IMG/VR virus record: IMGVR_UViG_3300006204_000007
Location: 1 to 64,000 of that record
Length of the DNA stretch: 64,000 nt
From: a virus
Taxonomy: Duplodnaviria > Caudoviricetes
Strand: one strand, 5' to 3'
Positions 1 through 8,807 of the stretch are shown one piece after another (positions within the stretch are counted from its first letter, which is position 1; the number at the start of each line of letters is the position of its first letter). The translations under genes and the position numbers were made by a program. The notes under the pieces are model-generated. The model saw only the letters and a list, made by a program, of their open reading frames with translations. It searched no databases and was not told the DNA's origin.

Positions 1-2345
1 ACGGCATCCGCACCCATAGCCTTTATGACTTCCACAAAATCTTTTCCAGCAAAACCATAGTTCTGCTTTAGTGTGTCGGCGGTCTGTTGTGGATCTTCGT
101 ACACCTTTTCCCCACACTCAATCTCTAAAATACGGTTTATGGCGCCGCCCTGGTTGACGTAGGAAGTCAAAGGACGTTCCCCGTTCGTCAGTATGCAGTT
201 GTTCCAGTGGCTTTCTGTGTTGATTCCTATATCTCTGTTGGAACGCGTTTTCCCCTTTCCAGAGCATAAGTCATACACCACGCCCTCAAAATTTTCCTCA
301 ATGCGCCGGTTCTTCTTGCTCGTATCATCCAGAATCATAGGAAGATGATTCAGCATATTTGCTTTTGCTTCCAGCGCAACATCCGTTGTCTTAAAGTCGC
401 CGATATAGGCGCTCTCTGCCGGATTCGCCCAAACGGATGCTGCAAGCATCAGCGTAACGGTATTATGTGTGACAATATAATCATCACAGAGATAGGTATG
501 TTCTTTACTGTCAACCATAATACATTGGCATTCTTCATATCCGACTTTTTTCACATCGACAATAGACATTTCTTTTTTTGTCAATACTCTATTTCTCTCG
601 GACTTATGCAAGTTTGCTCTTTCTTTGTGCTTATCAGACTTAAATATTTCTTCATCAGTCAGAATCGTTATGTAATACTCATATCCTTTTCTTTTATAAA
701 TTCTGCATGTTGTCCGATACCCTAAACTTCTACAAAGGGATTGAATATCTTCGGATAATTGATTGCTTTTTGTGCAGTAAACATACTTTCCAAATTTTTC
801 AACATGTCCATCTGTATCAAATAATCCTGCTAAAAATTCTTTTCTATCAGATGCACTTGCTATTTTGTAACAATCTGGAATGAAACGTTCTGCACTCTTT
901 TCCTTTAATCCTAAAGACTTCAAATCTTTTTCCAACTGAATTTTCCCTTTTCCGCTTATTACATATTGACATTGTGTATACTTATTTCTTTTTAATTCAC
1001 AATCTTTTTCCAAAAGCTTCAAATTCAAACGTTCCACAATATCGGATTCCATATTTGAGAAATATAGGTAAGTTCCACGTCTTTTATTTTCCTTCATTGT
1101 TAGACATCCATCGCCAATAAGGGCACCTAAAACATATGGGTCAATAGGTAATTTTTGATTGCTTTCAAACTCAACTGGATTGCATACTGGTATTCTAAAA
1201 TTATATGCTTTCCCTTTTTTAATGCCAGATTTTATAATATCTTCAAGAGACATTACGATTGTTCCCCTGTTATGGTTTCTTCTGGTGATTGTGCTAACTG
1301 TCCACAAATGCTCTTTACAGCATCTTGTTTTTGTTCCATCAGAAAAACTTACCTCATATACATCTTTCTTTCCTTGTGGGTACACTCCGGTAACTTTATG
1401 AGCCTTACCATCAGAACCGATTACAAAATCCCCTACTTTCATATCCCCCATTCTTTTAATTCCGTTTGGAGTTATGATATTTGTGTCTAATGGTTGTGCT
1501 TTTCCTCCCTCTGTTTCTCCCCAAAGGTCAACGAAGAACGGTAACGCACCTATTTGATGGATAAGCACACTTGCAAAGGATGCCGCCAGCATCAGCTTGA
1601 TTTCCATTCTGCCAGACTGCCGCAGGCTCTTAACATGCTCATACCACTTATCCCGGTTTCCATGCTCCCCGATGTTCTCGAACAACTGCCGGAACCTGCT
1701 GTCTCCATCAAAAGTAATCTCCGTATCATAGGGCAGAAATTCTTTTTTAATCCACCCCAGCTTAGAACTGGAATACTGCACCGCTATTTGGCTCGTATTT
1801 CGGTTTTCTACATCGGACAAGTATCTTACTAACAGCTTCGCATTTTCGCTCGTTACGGCCACTCCACGCCCCGACAGAGCCACTATTTTACTGGCGGAAG
1901 TTATCATGGTCTTTGGTATGATAATTTCCTCCCACCGCCCATTACGTTTAAATGCCAGCTTGATCTGCTCTTCTCCTGTTTCAAGGTTCTTTAGGCGCTC
2001 AATGGGCAATATCGGGTGATAACAGGCTATCTGCTCCACCGTTGCCATGTTCTGGGCGTATATGCCCGTTTCTCCGGCAATCCATGAACCGCAGTACATA
2101 TTTTCGTATGGCCCTTCAAAATCCGTGTAATTGTTCATGCCGGCGACCTGCTGCTGTTTCTTACGCTGCTTCGTTTCCCGGTCAACTTTTTTATAGGCAT
2201 TAAGCATTGTTTCAAACTTCTTTTTTACGCCAAGTTCTGCCGCCCGGTCTTCAAGTGATAAAATCAATCTTGAACGGTGTATCTCATTTTCCTCGTTGAA
2301 AATTTCCTCGAATATGTTATCCGCAAGAATTGTTTGTTTGTCCAA
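1..2345 (-). CDS. DUF927-type primase-associated helicase/ATPase with intein; 3' end runs off the window
   Basis: Hand-translated from TTG at 2345 (LDKQTILADNIFEE...). Walker A GETEGGK/T is split by the intein; downstream LPMILDD and LCSGKGKTRS segments. Absent from the ORF track, presumably because there is no stop in the window. Confidence 0.85.
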   Translation of the reverse strand, partial: MDKQTILADNIFEEIFNEENEIHRSRLILSLEDRAAELGVKKKFETMLNAYKKVDRETKQRKKQQQVAGMNNYTDFEGPYENMYCGSWIAGETGIYAQNMATVEQIACYHPILPIERLKNLETGEEQIKLAFKRNGRWEEIIIPKTMITSASKIVALSGRGVAVTSENAKLLVRYLSDVENRNTSQIAVQYSSSKLGWIKKEFLPYDTEITFDGDSRFRQLFENIGEHGNRDKWYEHVKSLRQSGRMEIKLMLAASFASVLIHQIGALPFFVDLWGETEGGKAQPLDTNIITPNGIKRMGDMKVGDFVIGSDGKAHKVTGVYPQGKKDVYEVSFSDGTKTRCCKEHLWTVSTITRRNHNRGTIVMSLEDIIKSGIKKGKAYNFRIPVCNPVEFESNQKLPIDPYVLGALIGDGCLTMKENKRRGTYLYFSNMESDIVERLNLKLLEKDCELKRNKYTQCQYVISGKGKIQLEKDLKSLGLKEKSAERFIPDCYKIASASDRKEFLAGLFDTDGHVEKFGKYVYCTKSNQLSEDIQSLCRSLGYRTTCRIYKRKGYEYYITILTDEEIFKSDKHKERANLHKSERNRVLTKKEMSIVDVKKVGYEECQCIMVDSKEHTYLCDDYIVTHNTVTLMLAASVWANPAESAYIGDFKTTDVALEAKANMLNHLPMILDDTSKKNRRIEENFEGVVYDLCSGKGKTRSNRDIGINTESHWNNCILTNGERPLTSYVNQGGAINRILEIECGEKVYEDPQQTADTLKQNYGFAGKDFVEVIKAMGADA
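462..1499 (-). mobile_element. Class 3 intein (346 aa) with LAGLIDADG homing endonuclease
   Basis: Starts AQPLDT right after GGK and ends IVTHN before Thr; WCT signature (KEHLW, QCIMVD, VTHN); LGALIGDG and LAGLFDTDG motifs. Confidence 0.92.
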
Positions 2346-2346
2346 T

Positions 2347-2904
2347 TTATTTAATAATTCCATAACATTCCTCCGGATCATTTAATATTTCCCATAGATA
2401 TTCTTGATACTGCAATGCGTTGTATGTATCCGCCCAAGCATCAGAAAGCGGTTCCAGTCGGTCAAGCCATTTGCGGTAAACTTCCATCAGGAGATAGTTT
2501 AATTCTCTTTTCTGCTTTAGCTTTTCCTCAATCTTCCGCTGCATTTCTCGTTTCTTTTGAGCCTGATAAATCTTAAGTCTGGTGGAGAAACTGTTGTCAG
2601 TCTCCCCACCAAGTTCCTTAAATGCCTCTTTGAAAGACAAACCATCCATCAGCATAACAAAGGTAAATATGTCTCCTGATTGACCGCATCCGAAGCAATG
2701 AAAGTCTTTCTTATATATCTTCATGCTCGCCGTCTTTTCCTTGTGAAACGGGCAGCATATAAACCCTGCCCTGTTCGGCTTTGGAAGTCCGTACCGTTCC
2801 AGAATATCTTTCATGGAGTAGAGGTCTTTTATTTCTTCCTTAGTCACTGTTACCAACTCCACCTGAACACACAATATCAAGAATTTCATGTTCAAGTTCC
2901 ACAT
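2347..2904 (-). CDS. CHC2 zinc-finger primase subunit (true start probably downstream of 2904)
   Basis: CCPFHKEKTASM...HCFGCGQSGDIFTFV motif. Confidence 0.88.
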   Translation of the reverse strand: MWNLNMKFLILCVQVELVTVTKEEIKDLYSMKDILERYGLPKPNRAGFICCPFHKEKTASMKIYKKDFHCFGCGQSGDIFTFVMLMDGLSFKEAFKELGGETDNSFSTRLKIYQAQKKREMQRKIEEKLKQKRELNYLLMEVYRKWLDRLEPLSDAWADTYNALQYQEYLWEILNDPEECYGIIK

Positions 2905-3085
2905 TTAATATTGCTCCATGCGGAATATCCTTTATTCTCCTTACAACTTTATCCATGTCATAGGCTGTACGCTGTTCAGAAATAAACTTTTTCAGGTCAT
3001 CAAAGGAAATATGTTCTGCTCCTGCTTCTTCCAGTGCTGTCATAAATCCCAAAAAAGAATCAGCATCTATCAATCTCACTGACAC
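2840..3085 (-). CDS. Phage hypothetical protein (MRLIDAD-type N-terminus)
   Basis: RLIDAD start and TAYDMDKVV motif, common in phage replication regions. Confidence 0.6.
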   Translation of the reverse strand: MSVRLIDADSFLGFMTALEEAGAEHISFDDLKKFISEQRTAYDMDKVVRRIKDIPHGAILNVELEHEILDIVCSGGVGNSD

Positions 3086-3594
3086 ACACCTCCATTCCCC
3101 AAAATTTCTATAATTTTCTTCCCTGTTTCTTCCTTTTGGCAGAAAACGAAATCAACATTATATCTGTCACGAATCGTACACAGCGACTTGTAAAGCTGAT
3201 TCCCGTCCACTGCCTTGGCTGATATTACGTCCTTTACACGCTTGCCGTTGACCGTTTTCCACCGTATCTGATACTTGCGGGGGTTGCTCCAGAAGTACAC
3301 ATCTTCAAGGCTCTTAATATCCGCCCCATGCTCGCAGAGGATAACCAATTTTATCCCCTGCTCCTTCGCACGAAGCAACTCAGCCTTAAAGCGTTCATGC
3401 TGTTTACTGCTCACATTCCCGCATATCTCCTGCAAGTCCTTTTTGCGGTCAATTACCAGTCTCGGATTGTCCAAAGACTGATAATCTCCCACATACATTT
3501 TTGAGCGGAAATACTGCACTCCAAGCGTGTCAAACTGCCCTTTTATGCGCTCCCATTCTTTGGCATGTTCGCGTGTGTCCACTTGTATCTGCAT
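3076..3594 (-). CDS. ERCC4-domain nuclease
   Basis: QVDTRE...GDY...IDRK...ERFKAEL motifs. Confidence 0.88.
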   Translation of the reverse strand: MQIQVDTREHAKEWERIKGQFDTLGVQYFRSKMYVGDYQSLDNPRLVIDRKKDLQEICGNVSSKQHERFKAELLRAKEQGIKLVILCEHGADIKSLEDVYFWSNPRKYQIRWKTVNGKRVKDVISAKAVDGNQLYKSLCTIRDRYNVDFVFCQKEETGKKIIEILGNGGVCQ

Positions 3595-3603
3595 AAAATC
3601 ACC

Positions 3604-3786
3604 TTAATCTTTTTCCACAAATTCTTCGCAACTATCTCTGTATTCTGTTGGAAGTGAGTAGTTTTCGCTTTCTTTGCATTTGCAGATAAATTCTCTTTCC
3701 GACCTGTCATATTTGCTAAATTCGCAATTTCCGCAACATTTACTCATAAAATTTTCCCTCCTAGTTAAACGGCAATTCTTCGTCAA
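3604..3786 (-). CDS. Small Cys-rich phage protein (likely start MSKCCGNC)
   Basis: CxxC...C...C pattern; in operon. Confidence 0.55.
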   Translation of the reverse strand: MTKNCRLTRRENFMSKCCGNCEFSKYDRSEREFICKCKESENYSLPTEYRDSCEEFVEKD

Positions 3787-4375
3787 TACCGTCCGGAATA
3801 TTCATAAACCCATCATCTCCCGGCGCCCCATAGTTCGGCATACCGCCGCCCTGCTTATACTCCTTATATGCTTTTGTTTCGTTCATATCAGGAATGGAAG
3901 CATCCGCAACCTTGTCAAGCGACACAAACCACCGCAGGACACGCTTTTTCTTTTCCTCGCCGTTGTAGTAGTCCATCTGCTCCCCGAACACGCCACCGAT
4001 TTTTTTTCCCTTGAAGCACTGACAGAACTTATCTCCCCACTGTACCTGAAAGCCGGCATTTGAGTGTTCTACGCACGTTGTAAAGGTCTTAAAATTCCTT
4101 GTGCATTTCCCGTCTGCGTCCTCTGTCAGTACGTACTGCGTTGCCTGATTAGGCCATTTCTTATCAGGGCGAATATCGTTCGCAAATTGTTCCGAAAAAT
4201 ACCCTGGCTGTTTGTCATCATCTGCAAAATCGAACAAAACAACAATCATGGGCTTTCCTGTGCTTGACTGCTTCTCGCTGATCTGTTTGATAATCAGTTT
4301 ATGCCCCCCTAATTCCGGCGGCTGATACTCTCCTGTAGGCGTATTTTCATAGTTGTTAGGCCTGTTTACTGCCAT
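3761..4375 (-). CDS. Phage ssDNA-binding protein (DUF669-like)
   Basis: Follows the Sak4-like ATPase; acidic C-terminus DGFMNIPDGIDEELPFN; start refined to MAVNRP. Confidence 0.7.
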   Translation of the reverse strand: MAVNRPNNYENTPTGEYQPPELGGHKLIIKQISEKQSSTGKPMIVVLFDFADDDKQPGYFSEQFANDIRPDKKWPNQATQYVLTEDADGKCTRNFKTFTTCVEHSNAGFQVQWGDKFCQCFKGKKIGGVFGEQMDYYNGEEKKKRVLRWFVSLDKVADASIPDMNETKAYKEYKQGGGMPNYGAPGDDGFMNIPDGIDEELPFN

Positions 4376-4379
4376 ATCC

Positions 4380-5009
4380 TTAATCCTCCTTGTAATAATC
4401 CCTGATTGCCTTTTCCACCAAAAGCAAATCATTGTCGATTGTCAGCGTTTCAAACATTCCAATGGGGGACTTGCTCACAGCCCCGTCTGATGCCTGTGTC
4501 ACAAATAAATGCTTGCCGGATTCCTCAATGCACCGCAGGACAATTGTAAACATGCCCTCAAGACACACCTTTTCGTCAATCAGCTTGCCGATGGTCTTAG
4601 GCTTCACGTCCCCAAAGTCGTTCTTGTCCTCGTGCATCATCACATAGACAATCTTATCTGCCGGAAGCTGATTTGTGATACAGTTAATGAGATTCCAAAA
4701 GCTATCCCCGATTTTGTTATAAAGGGTAAATACTCCATTGCCATTCCCGGCGTTTGAGTGTCCACGCATAAACATATTCGTAATAAGATACCCGGCATCA
4801 TCAATGACAATATTGTGCGCCTTGGAACCACCCAAACACTTCAATACCGTTTCGTAATCATCTGTTTTCCAGCCGTCCACCTTACCCTTGAACGGCAATG
4901 GCTTATTGATAACCCTGATAAGGTTCCAGTCAGGATTTCCCGAACAGTTTCGCAGGCTTGTGCTTTTGCCAGAACCCGATTTACCCATAATTAATACTGG
5001 AAGTCCCAT
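4380..5009 (-). CDS. Sak4-like AAA ATPase / recombinase
   Basis: GKSGSGKS Walker A, IVIDD Walker B, size and position between Gp157 and SSB. Confidence 0.8.
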   Translation of the reverse strand: MGLPVLIMGKSGSGKSTSLRNCSGNPDWNLIRVINKPLPFKGKVDGWKTDDYETVLKCLGGSKAHNIVIDDAGYLITNMFMRGHSNAGNGNGVFTLYNKIGDSFWNLINCITNQLPADKIVYVMMHEDKNDFGDVKPKTIGKLIDEKVCLEGMFTIVLRCIEESGKHLFVTQASDGAVSKSPIGMFETLTIDNDLLLVEKAIRDYYKED

Positions 5010-5037
5010 ATCTCCCTAATCCTCCAATCTCCTAAGA

Positions 5038-5202
5038 TTAATCCTCTTCTTTAACCACTTCAAACCCTAAGAACCGTCCGCAGTCCTCCCGGTCAATGCT
5101 GTACTTTGACTGATTTACATAGTCGGCAAATACCGAGACTCTGACAGACATCTCCAACAGCTTTTTATATTCCTCCACAGAAATAGTAATTTTTTCTTCC
5201 AT
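5038..5202 (-). CDS. Small hypothetical protein (54 aa)
   Basis: Hand-translated MEEKITISVEEYKKLL...; RBS GAGG upstream. Confidence 0.6.
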   Translation of the reverse strand: MEEKITISVEEYKKLLEMSVRVSVFADYVNQSKYSIDREDCGRFLGFEVVKEED

Positions 5203-5265
5203 GTCCCTATCCTCCTATAATTCCTCTCCAACCGTCACAAACGGCAGTTCGTATATCCATTCAGT

Positions 5266-5757
5266 TCACCGAATAGACAAATGCTCTCCCCGCTCTTTCA
5301 GCACAGCAAAAGGCAGTTCTACGCCGTTTTTGAGCGCTTCACGGATTTTCGTGTTGTCCGGTTCTTTCCGGCAGTATTCGTCAGGTATTTCCATGTCCGG
5401 CACAATCTCCATAGGCTGTAACCCGCCGTTCTTCTGGATGCCGAAACTGAACAAATCCGTCTTAAATTTTGTCTTGCCAGTGGCTTTCATGCTTTCATAC
5501 AAGTGCTGTTTGAGCCGCTTCTCATTGTTCGCAAGCGTCTCCATCCTTTTCTGCATCCGTCCGACTTCTGCCGCATACTTCTCTGATTCTGCCCGAAGTT
5601 CTTTGATGATTCTGGCATAGTTATCAGCCTTGATTTCAAACTCTCCCTCAATCCCCTCCAAGGTATCCTTGAATGCCTGCAGGTCAAGGTTATCCTCTTC
5701 CTCCAACATTTCCAACAAGCGGAGGTAATCTCCTGTGATTTCATACAATGTACTCAT
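5266..5757 (-). CDS. Siphovirus Gp157 family protein
   Basis: MSTLYEITG start, coiled coil, KFKTDLFSFGIQKN, HLSIR end. Confidence 0.9.
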   Translation of the reverse strand: MSTLYEITGDYLRLLEMLEEEDNLDLQAFKDTLEGIEGEFEIKADNYARIIKELRAESEKYAAEVGRMQKRMETLANNEKRLKQHLYESMKATGKTKFKTDLFSFGIQKNGGLQPMEIVPDMEIPDEYCRKEPDNTKIREALKNGVELPFAVLKERGEHLSIR

Positions 5758-6019
5758 TTTCCCTATCCTCTCTTTCTGCCTCCTCGTAGGCTTGTCTTTC
5801 TCTTTTCAGCCGGTGCCTATTTGGAATGCCATACTCTATTTCATCCCATACCCAATCAACGACCATTCTATTTTCAATTTGTTCCATTTTTTCCAATTCC
5901 CCATAAATAAGACAAGGAACAAACACAGCAGATAGCTGGTATAAATATGCTTTTACTGTCCATTGATGCAACAGAGATCATAAAAATCCAGAATGCCATA
6001 TTGTCCCTCACTTTCATTC

Positions 6020-6502
6020 TCACTTCCCGTTTTCCCTTTCCAATTCTGCCGATATGGACAGAATTTCATCTGCATAAGCAGAAACGTCTGCAGATCCGTT
6101 CAAAACATCCTCTGCAGAGCTGTCGCCGTTGTAAATCATAAGAGCGACACTGACATCTTCATACTCCAAGATCAGATCCGACAGATAATCTGTTCCGACC
6201 AGCATGTTTTGCATCGGTTCAAATAAATCTGAAACACCAAGTTTGTCCATACGGTCTTTGTGCCACTTAGTCGATACCTGCATGATTCCAATATGACCAT
6301 CTGACTCTGCATCCGACTGCAAACCGCTTTCTTTAAAACAGATCGCCTGTATCAGTTCCGGGCAGATATCGTACCGATCCCCAAGCTCTTCCGATATCTC
6401 CACAACATCCTGCGGCACGTCAATGGTCTTAGCATGTGCTGTCACTTCACTTCCCGCTATTGTTATAAGAACCAGTATGGACAGGATCATCTTTCTCCGC
6501 AT
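6020..6502 (-). CDS. Lytic transglycosylase (SLT domain) with signal peptide
   Basis: AICFKES, GIMQV, NMLVGTDYL, ALMIYNG motifs; hydrophobic N-terminus; start refined to MRRKMIL. Confidence 0.85.
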   Translation of the reverse strand: MRRKMILSILVLITIAGSEVTAHAKTIDVPQDVVEISEELGDRYDICPELIQAICFKESGLQSDAESDGHIGIMQVSTKWHKDRMDKLGVSDLFEPMQNMLVGTDYLSDLILEYEDVSVALMIYNGDSSAEDVLNGSADVSAYADEILSISAELERENGK

Positions 6503-6633
6503 CGGTCTCTCCTCCTTTCTTCTTGTCATGTACCGCCAAATAAAACGCAAGCACAATAACAATGATAAATTCTGTCGCAAGTGTAAAAAATATGCCACAT
6601 GCAAATGATAATGCGTCCAAGTTCTCACCTCCT

Positions 6634-6894
6634 TCACATTTTCATAAACTTCAAAATCTCTTCATCTGTCGCTTCAAACTCTTTAAAGATGATCGCCAGA
6701 TCGTTATGTTTAAGAGTGTCCCTTCCCGCTTTTAAACCAGATAGGCGGGCGGATGCTGCCTGCTGTGTTATGCCAAGCATTTCCCCAAGCCTTGTCTGGT
6801 TCACATCTTCGAGAAGCATCTTTCCATTGATCCAGACGTACAAATCCCGAAGCATGTACTTTTTTTTACTGATCGCCACCCTCGGCATGACCAT
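6634..6894 (-). CDS. HTH (Cro/C1-type) DNA-binding protein
   Basis: QTRLGEMLGITQQAASARL helix-turn-helix. Confidence 0.75.
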   Translation of the reverse strand: MVMPRVAISKKKYMLRDLYVWINGKMLLEDVNQTRLGEMLGITQQAASARLSGLKAGRDTLKHNDLAIIFKEFEATDEEILKFMKM

Positions 6895-6900
6895 TCCCTC

Positions 6901-7080
6901 CTAATAATCATCTTCCCGCGATACTTCTGATAAAACTCGATGCATTCCCGGAAATCCTTTCCCTAAATGGACGTAAAGCCCGCCAATCTCAAGAGGAATA
7001 AAACAGGTAATCGTCTTACCTCTTTTTCCCCGGCTCCCATCCGGGTACTCTCTGACGACTTTGTATGTATACACCGCCAT
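6901..7080 (-). CDS. Small hypothetical protein (59 aa)
   Basis: Hand-translated MAVYTYKVVREYPDG...; RBS GGAGG. Confidence 0.55.
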   Translation of the reverse strand: MAVYTYKVVREYPDGSRGKRGKTITCFIPLEIGGLYVHLGKGFPGMHRVLSEVSREDDY

Positions 7081-7084
7081 TCCA

Positions 7085-7246
7085 TCACCTCCCCGCTGTA
7101 CCCATGAAGTAGATAATCATGTACAACGCGATAAATCCTAATATCATCGCCACCATGCTAGCGGCAAAGTAGCAAATGAATTTAAACCGCTCGAAGCTCA
7201 TAGGATCCCGGTGGTTCCTGCCGCTCCTTAAAATAATCTCGTCCAT
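7085..7246 (-). CDS. Small single-TM protein (53 aa), homolog of 62015-62167
   Basis: MDEIILRSG...MSFERFKFICYFAASMVAMILGFIALYMIIYF closely matches the prophage B copy. Confidence 0.8.
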   Translation of the reverse strand: MDEIILRSGRNHRDPMSFERFKFICYFAASMVAMILGFIALYMIIYFMGTAGR

Positions 7247-7263
7247 GTTTTCCTCCTGTTCTC

Positions 7264-7365
7264 TTGCCGGTACAGGAAGAATATGTTACAATCTACCTGT
7301 AGCCAGTAAGTGTGGTTTATTGGTTACTGCCCTGTTCGGTATGTCGGTACTGAATGGGGCGTTTT
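7264..7365 (+). ncRNA. Candidate antisense sRNA: sigmaA promoter, 11-bp hairpin, intrinsic terminator
   Basis: TTGCCG-17-TACAAT (7264-7292); stem GTAGCCAGTAA/TTATTGGTTAC with loop GTGTGGT; 13-bp terminator plus T-run; structural homolog at 62183-62290. Confidence 0.6.
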
Positions 7366-7367
7366 AA

Positions 7368-7502
7368 TTAGACATACTCGCGCCAGTGCTCCGCAAAGTA
7401 GCTTGTCACACCATACTTAGTGTGAATGTCCTTCTTGAAAGGCTTATGGATTCCTGCCTTTCTCATGTTGGTCTTTGCGACCATTCTTTTAAGCTTTCTC
7501 AT
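7368..7502 (-). CDS. Small basic protein (44 aa)
   Basis: AGGAGG RBS before MRKLKRMVAK... Confidence 0.6.
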   Translation of the reverse strand: MRKLKRMVAKTNMRKAGIHKPFKKDIHTKYGVTSYFAEHWREYV

Positions 7503-7521
7503 GATGCTTGTCCTCCTTATA

Positions 7522-7550
7522 TTGAATTTGTTTTCCTTATCTCCTATACT
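7522..7550 (+). promoter_or_regulatory. sigmaA-type promoter antisense to the early operon, conserved in both prophages
   Basis: TTGAAT-17-TATACT followed by GTAAGTACCAGACT; same block at 62446-62488. Confidence 0.7.
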
Positions 7551-7586
7551 GTAAGTACCAGACTCCACCAAGAAGAGTACATAGGG

Positions 7587-7988
7587 CTAACGCCCCTTTC
7601 TGTAAAAATGATGTAGAAGAAAATCCGCCTTGTGCTCTTTTGCGCTTACAGAATTTAATATGATTGAGCAAAACTCCTTTTCCCTATCACTGCATCCTTG
7701 ATAAAAATTATCAATCTGCTTCTGCAAATCCATTTTTCTTCTAAGCCATTCCGGGAAGTATGCGTACAAAGAAACGACTATAGGATTCGTAAAATCACGC
7801 TTACATGCTTTCTGCCAAAAATGATTTTTTTCTAACGGAAGTTTATCGAATCCTTTCGGCTTCTCCCCTAATAGTGCATTCCATTCTCCTCGCAATGCAC
7901 TCCAATAGATTTCGTGAAGTTCTTCAACGGTAAAATTTTTTAGAACAACTAAATTGTTTTGAGATACATTTACTTCTATTTCCCTCAC
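7587..7988 (-). CDS. Hypothetical early protein
   Basis: 133-aa ORF in the early operon. Confidence 0.55.
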   Translation of the reverse strand: MREIEVNVSQNNLVVLKNFTVEELHEIYWSALRGEWNALLGEKPKGFDKLPLEKNHFWQKACKRDFTNPIVVSLYAYFPEWLRRKMDLQKQIDNFYQGCSDREKEFCSIILNSVSAKEHKADFLLHHFYRKGR

Positions 7989-8021
7989 CTCCTTGTTTGA
8001 CTAAACTTTTCTTTCAAAATC

Positions 8022-8406
8022 TTGTAGAAAACTACATAATGTGTTACAATTTTTACATGCCATTAGGCAATGAAAGGAGCGTGGTCTAATTGACCAAACT
8101 TTTGAGCTTGCCTGCTCTCTTCTTATAAGGTCGCAATACTGGAACCAAAGCAGTATAAACTGGTCAAATGCAGCAACTGATACGGCGATGCGTATGCGCG
8201 GTCGGCAACCTATAATGTCCCACCGTATCAAGTACTCCTTGTAAAGCGTCAGCAATTAGGCATGTTGCGGAACCAAAACCGCGAAAGTGACAAAGTACTT
8301 CACAGAATCATCTGGGGCTATCAGATGAGGTGAAAACCTGCAGAGTACATAGAGTAAACAATTTTGGTAAAGAACTGTTGGAAATAGTCCTTTCAGCAGT
8401 TTCTTT
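8022..8406 (+). ncRNA. Candidate ~350-nt non-coding transcription unit
   Basis: TTGTAG-17-TACAAT promoter (8022-8050), terminator hairpin about 8369-8406, only a 12-codon ORF (TTG 8090) behind an AAAGGAG RBS. Confidence 0.45.
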
Positions 8407-8418
8407 ATACTGCATAAG

Positions 8419-8643
8419 TTAAATATTTTGAACTTTCATAGAAAAAAAATATTCCTGTATATCATTTCCAGAAAGCCCAAGCAGTTCAATCGCAGAGCAA
8501 ATGTCTGTCTGTTTCCAAGGAATTTTCCCATTCATTTTACAGGAAAGAGTACGGTCAGACCAACTCATAGCCTTTGCAAACTCTGTCTGGCTACCATATT
8601 TTTCCACTATTTTTCCCCTTAGCTTACTAAAATCAAAAGCCAT
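8419..8643 (-). CDS. Cro-like repressor (DUF739-like)
   Basis: MAFDFSKLRGKIVEKYGSQTEFAKAM...; divergent from CI. Confidence 0.88.
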   Translation of the reverse strand: MAFDFSKLRGKIVEKYGSQTEFAKAMSWSDRTLSCKMNGKIPWKQTDICSAIELLGLSGNDIQEYFFSMKVQNI

Positions 8644-8659
8644 GTATGAAACCTCCTTT

Positions 8660-8790
8660 CTAGTTAAAACTTTTGAACTACTTAAACTATATCACTATAA
8701 GCACGTATTGTCAATAATATAATTCAAACTTTTTAACTTTTCTTGTTTTGAGTATTGAACTTTTGTTCAAAATGTGATAATGTATGCTTT
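8660..8790. promoter_or_regulatory. Cro/CI divergent promoter-operator region of prophage A
   Basis: Repeated AACTTTT motifs, e.g. TTGAACTTTTGTTCAA, between divergent HTH genes. Confidence 0.6.
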
Positions 8791-8807
8791 GAAAGGAGGT
8801 CAATCAA

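Noticed and set aside
8001-8255. 84-aa minus-strand ORF as a real gene
   Set aside because: No clear RBS or motif, and it overlaps a + strand promoter-terminator unit; not fully excluded.
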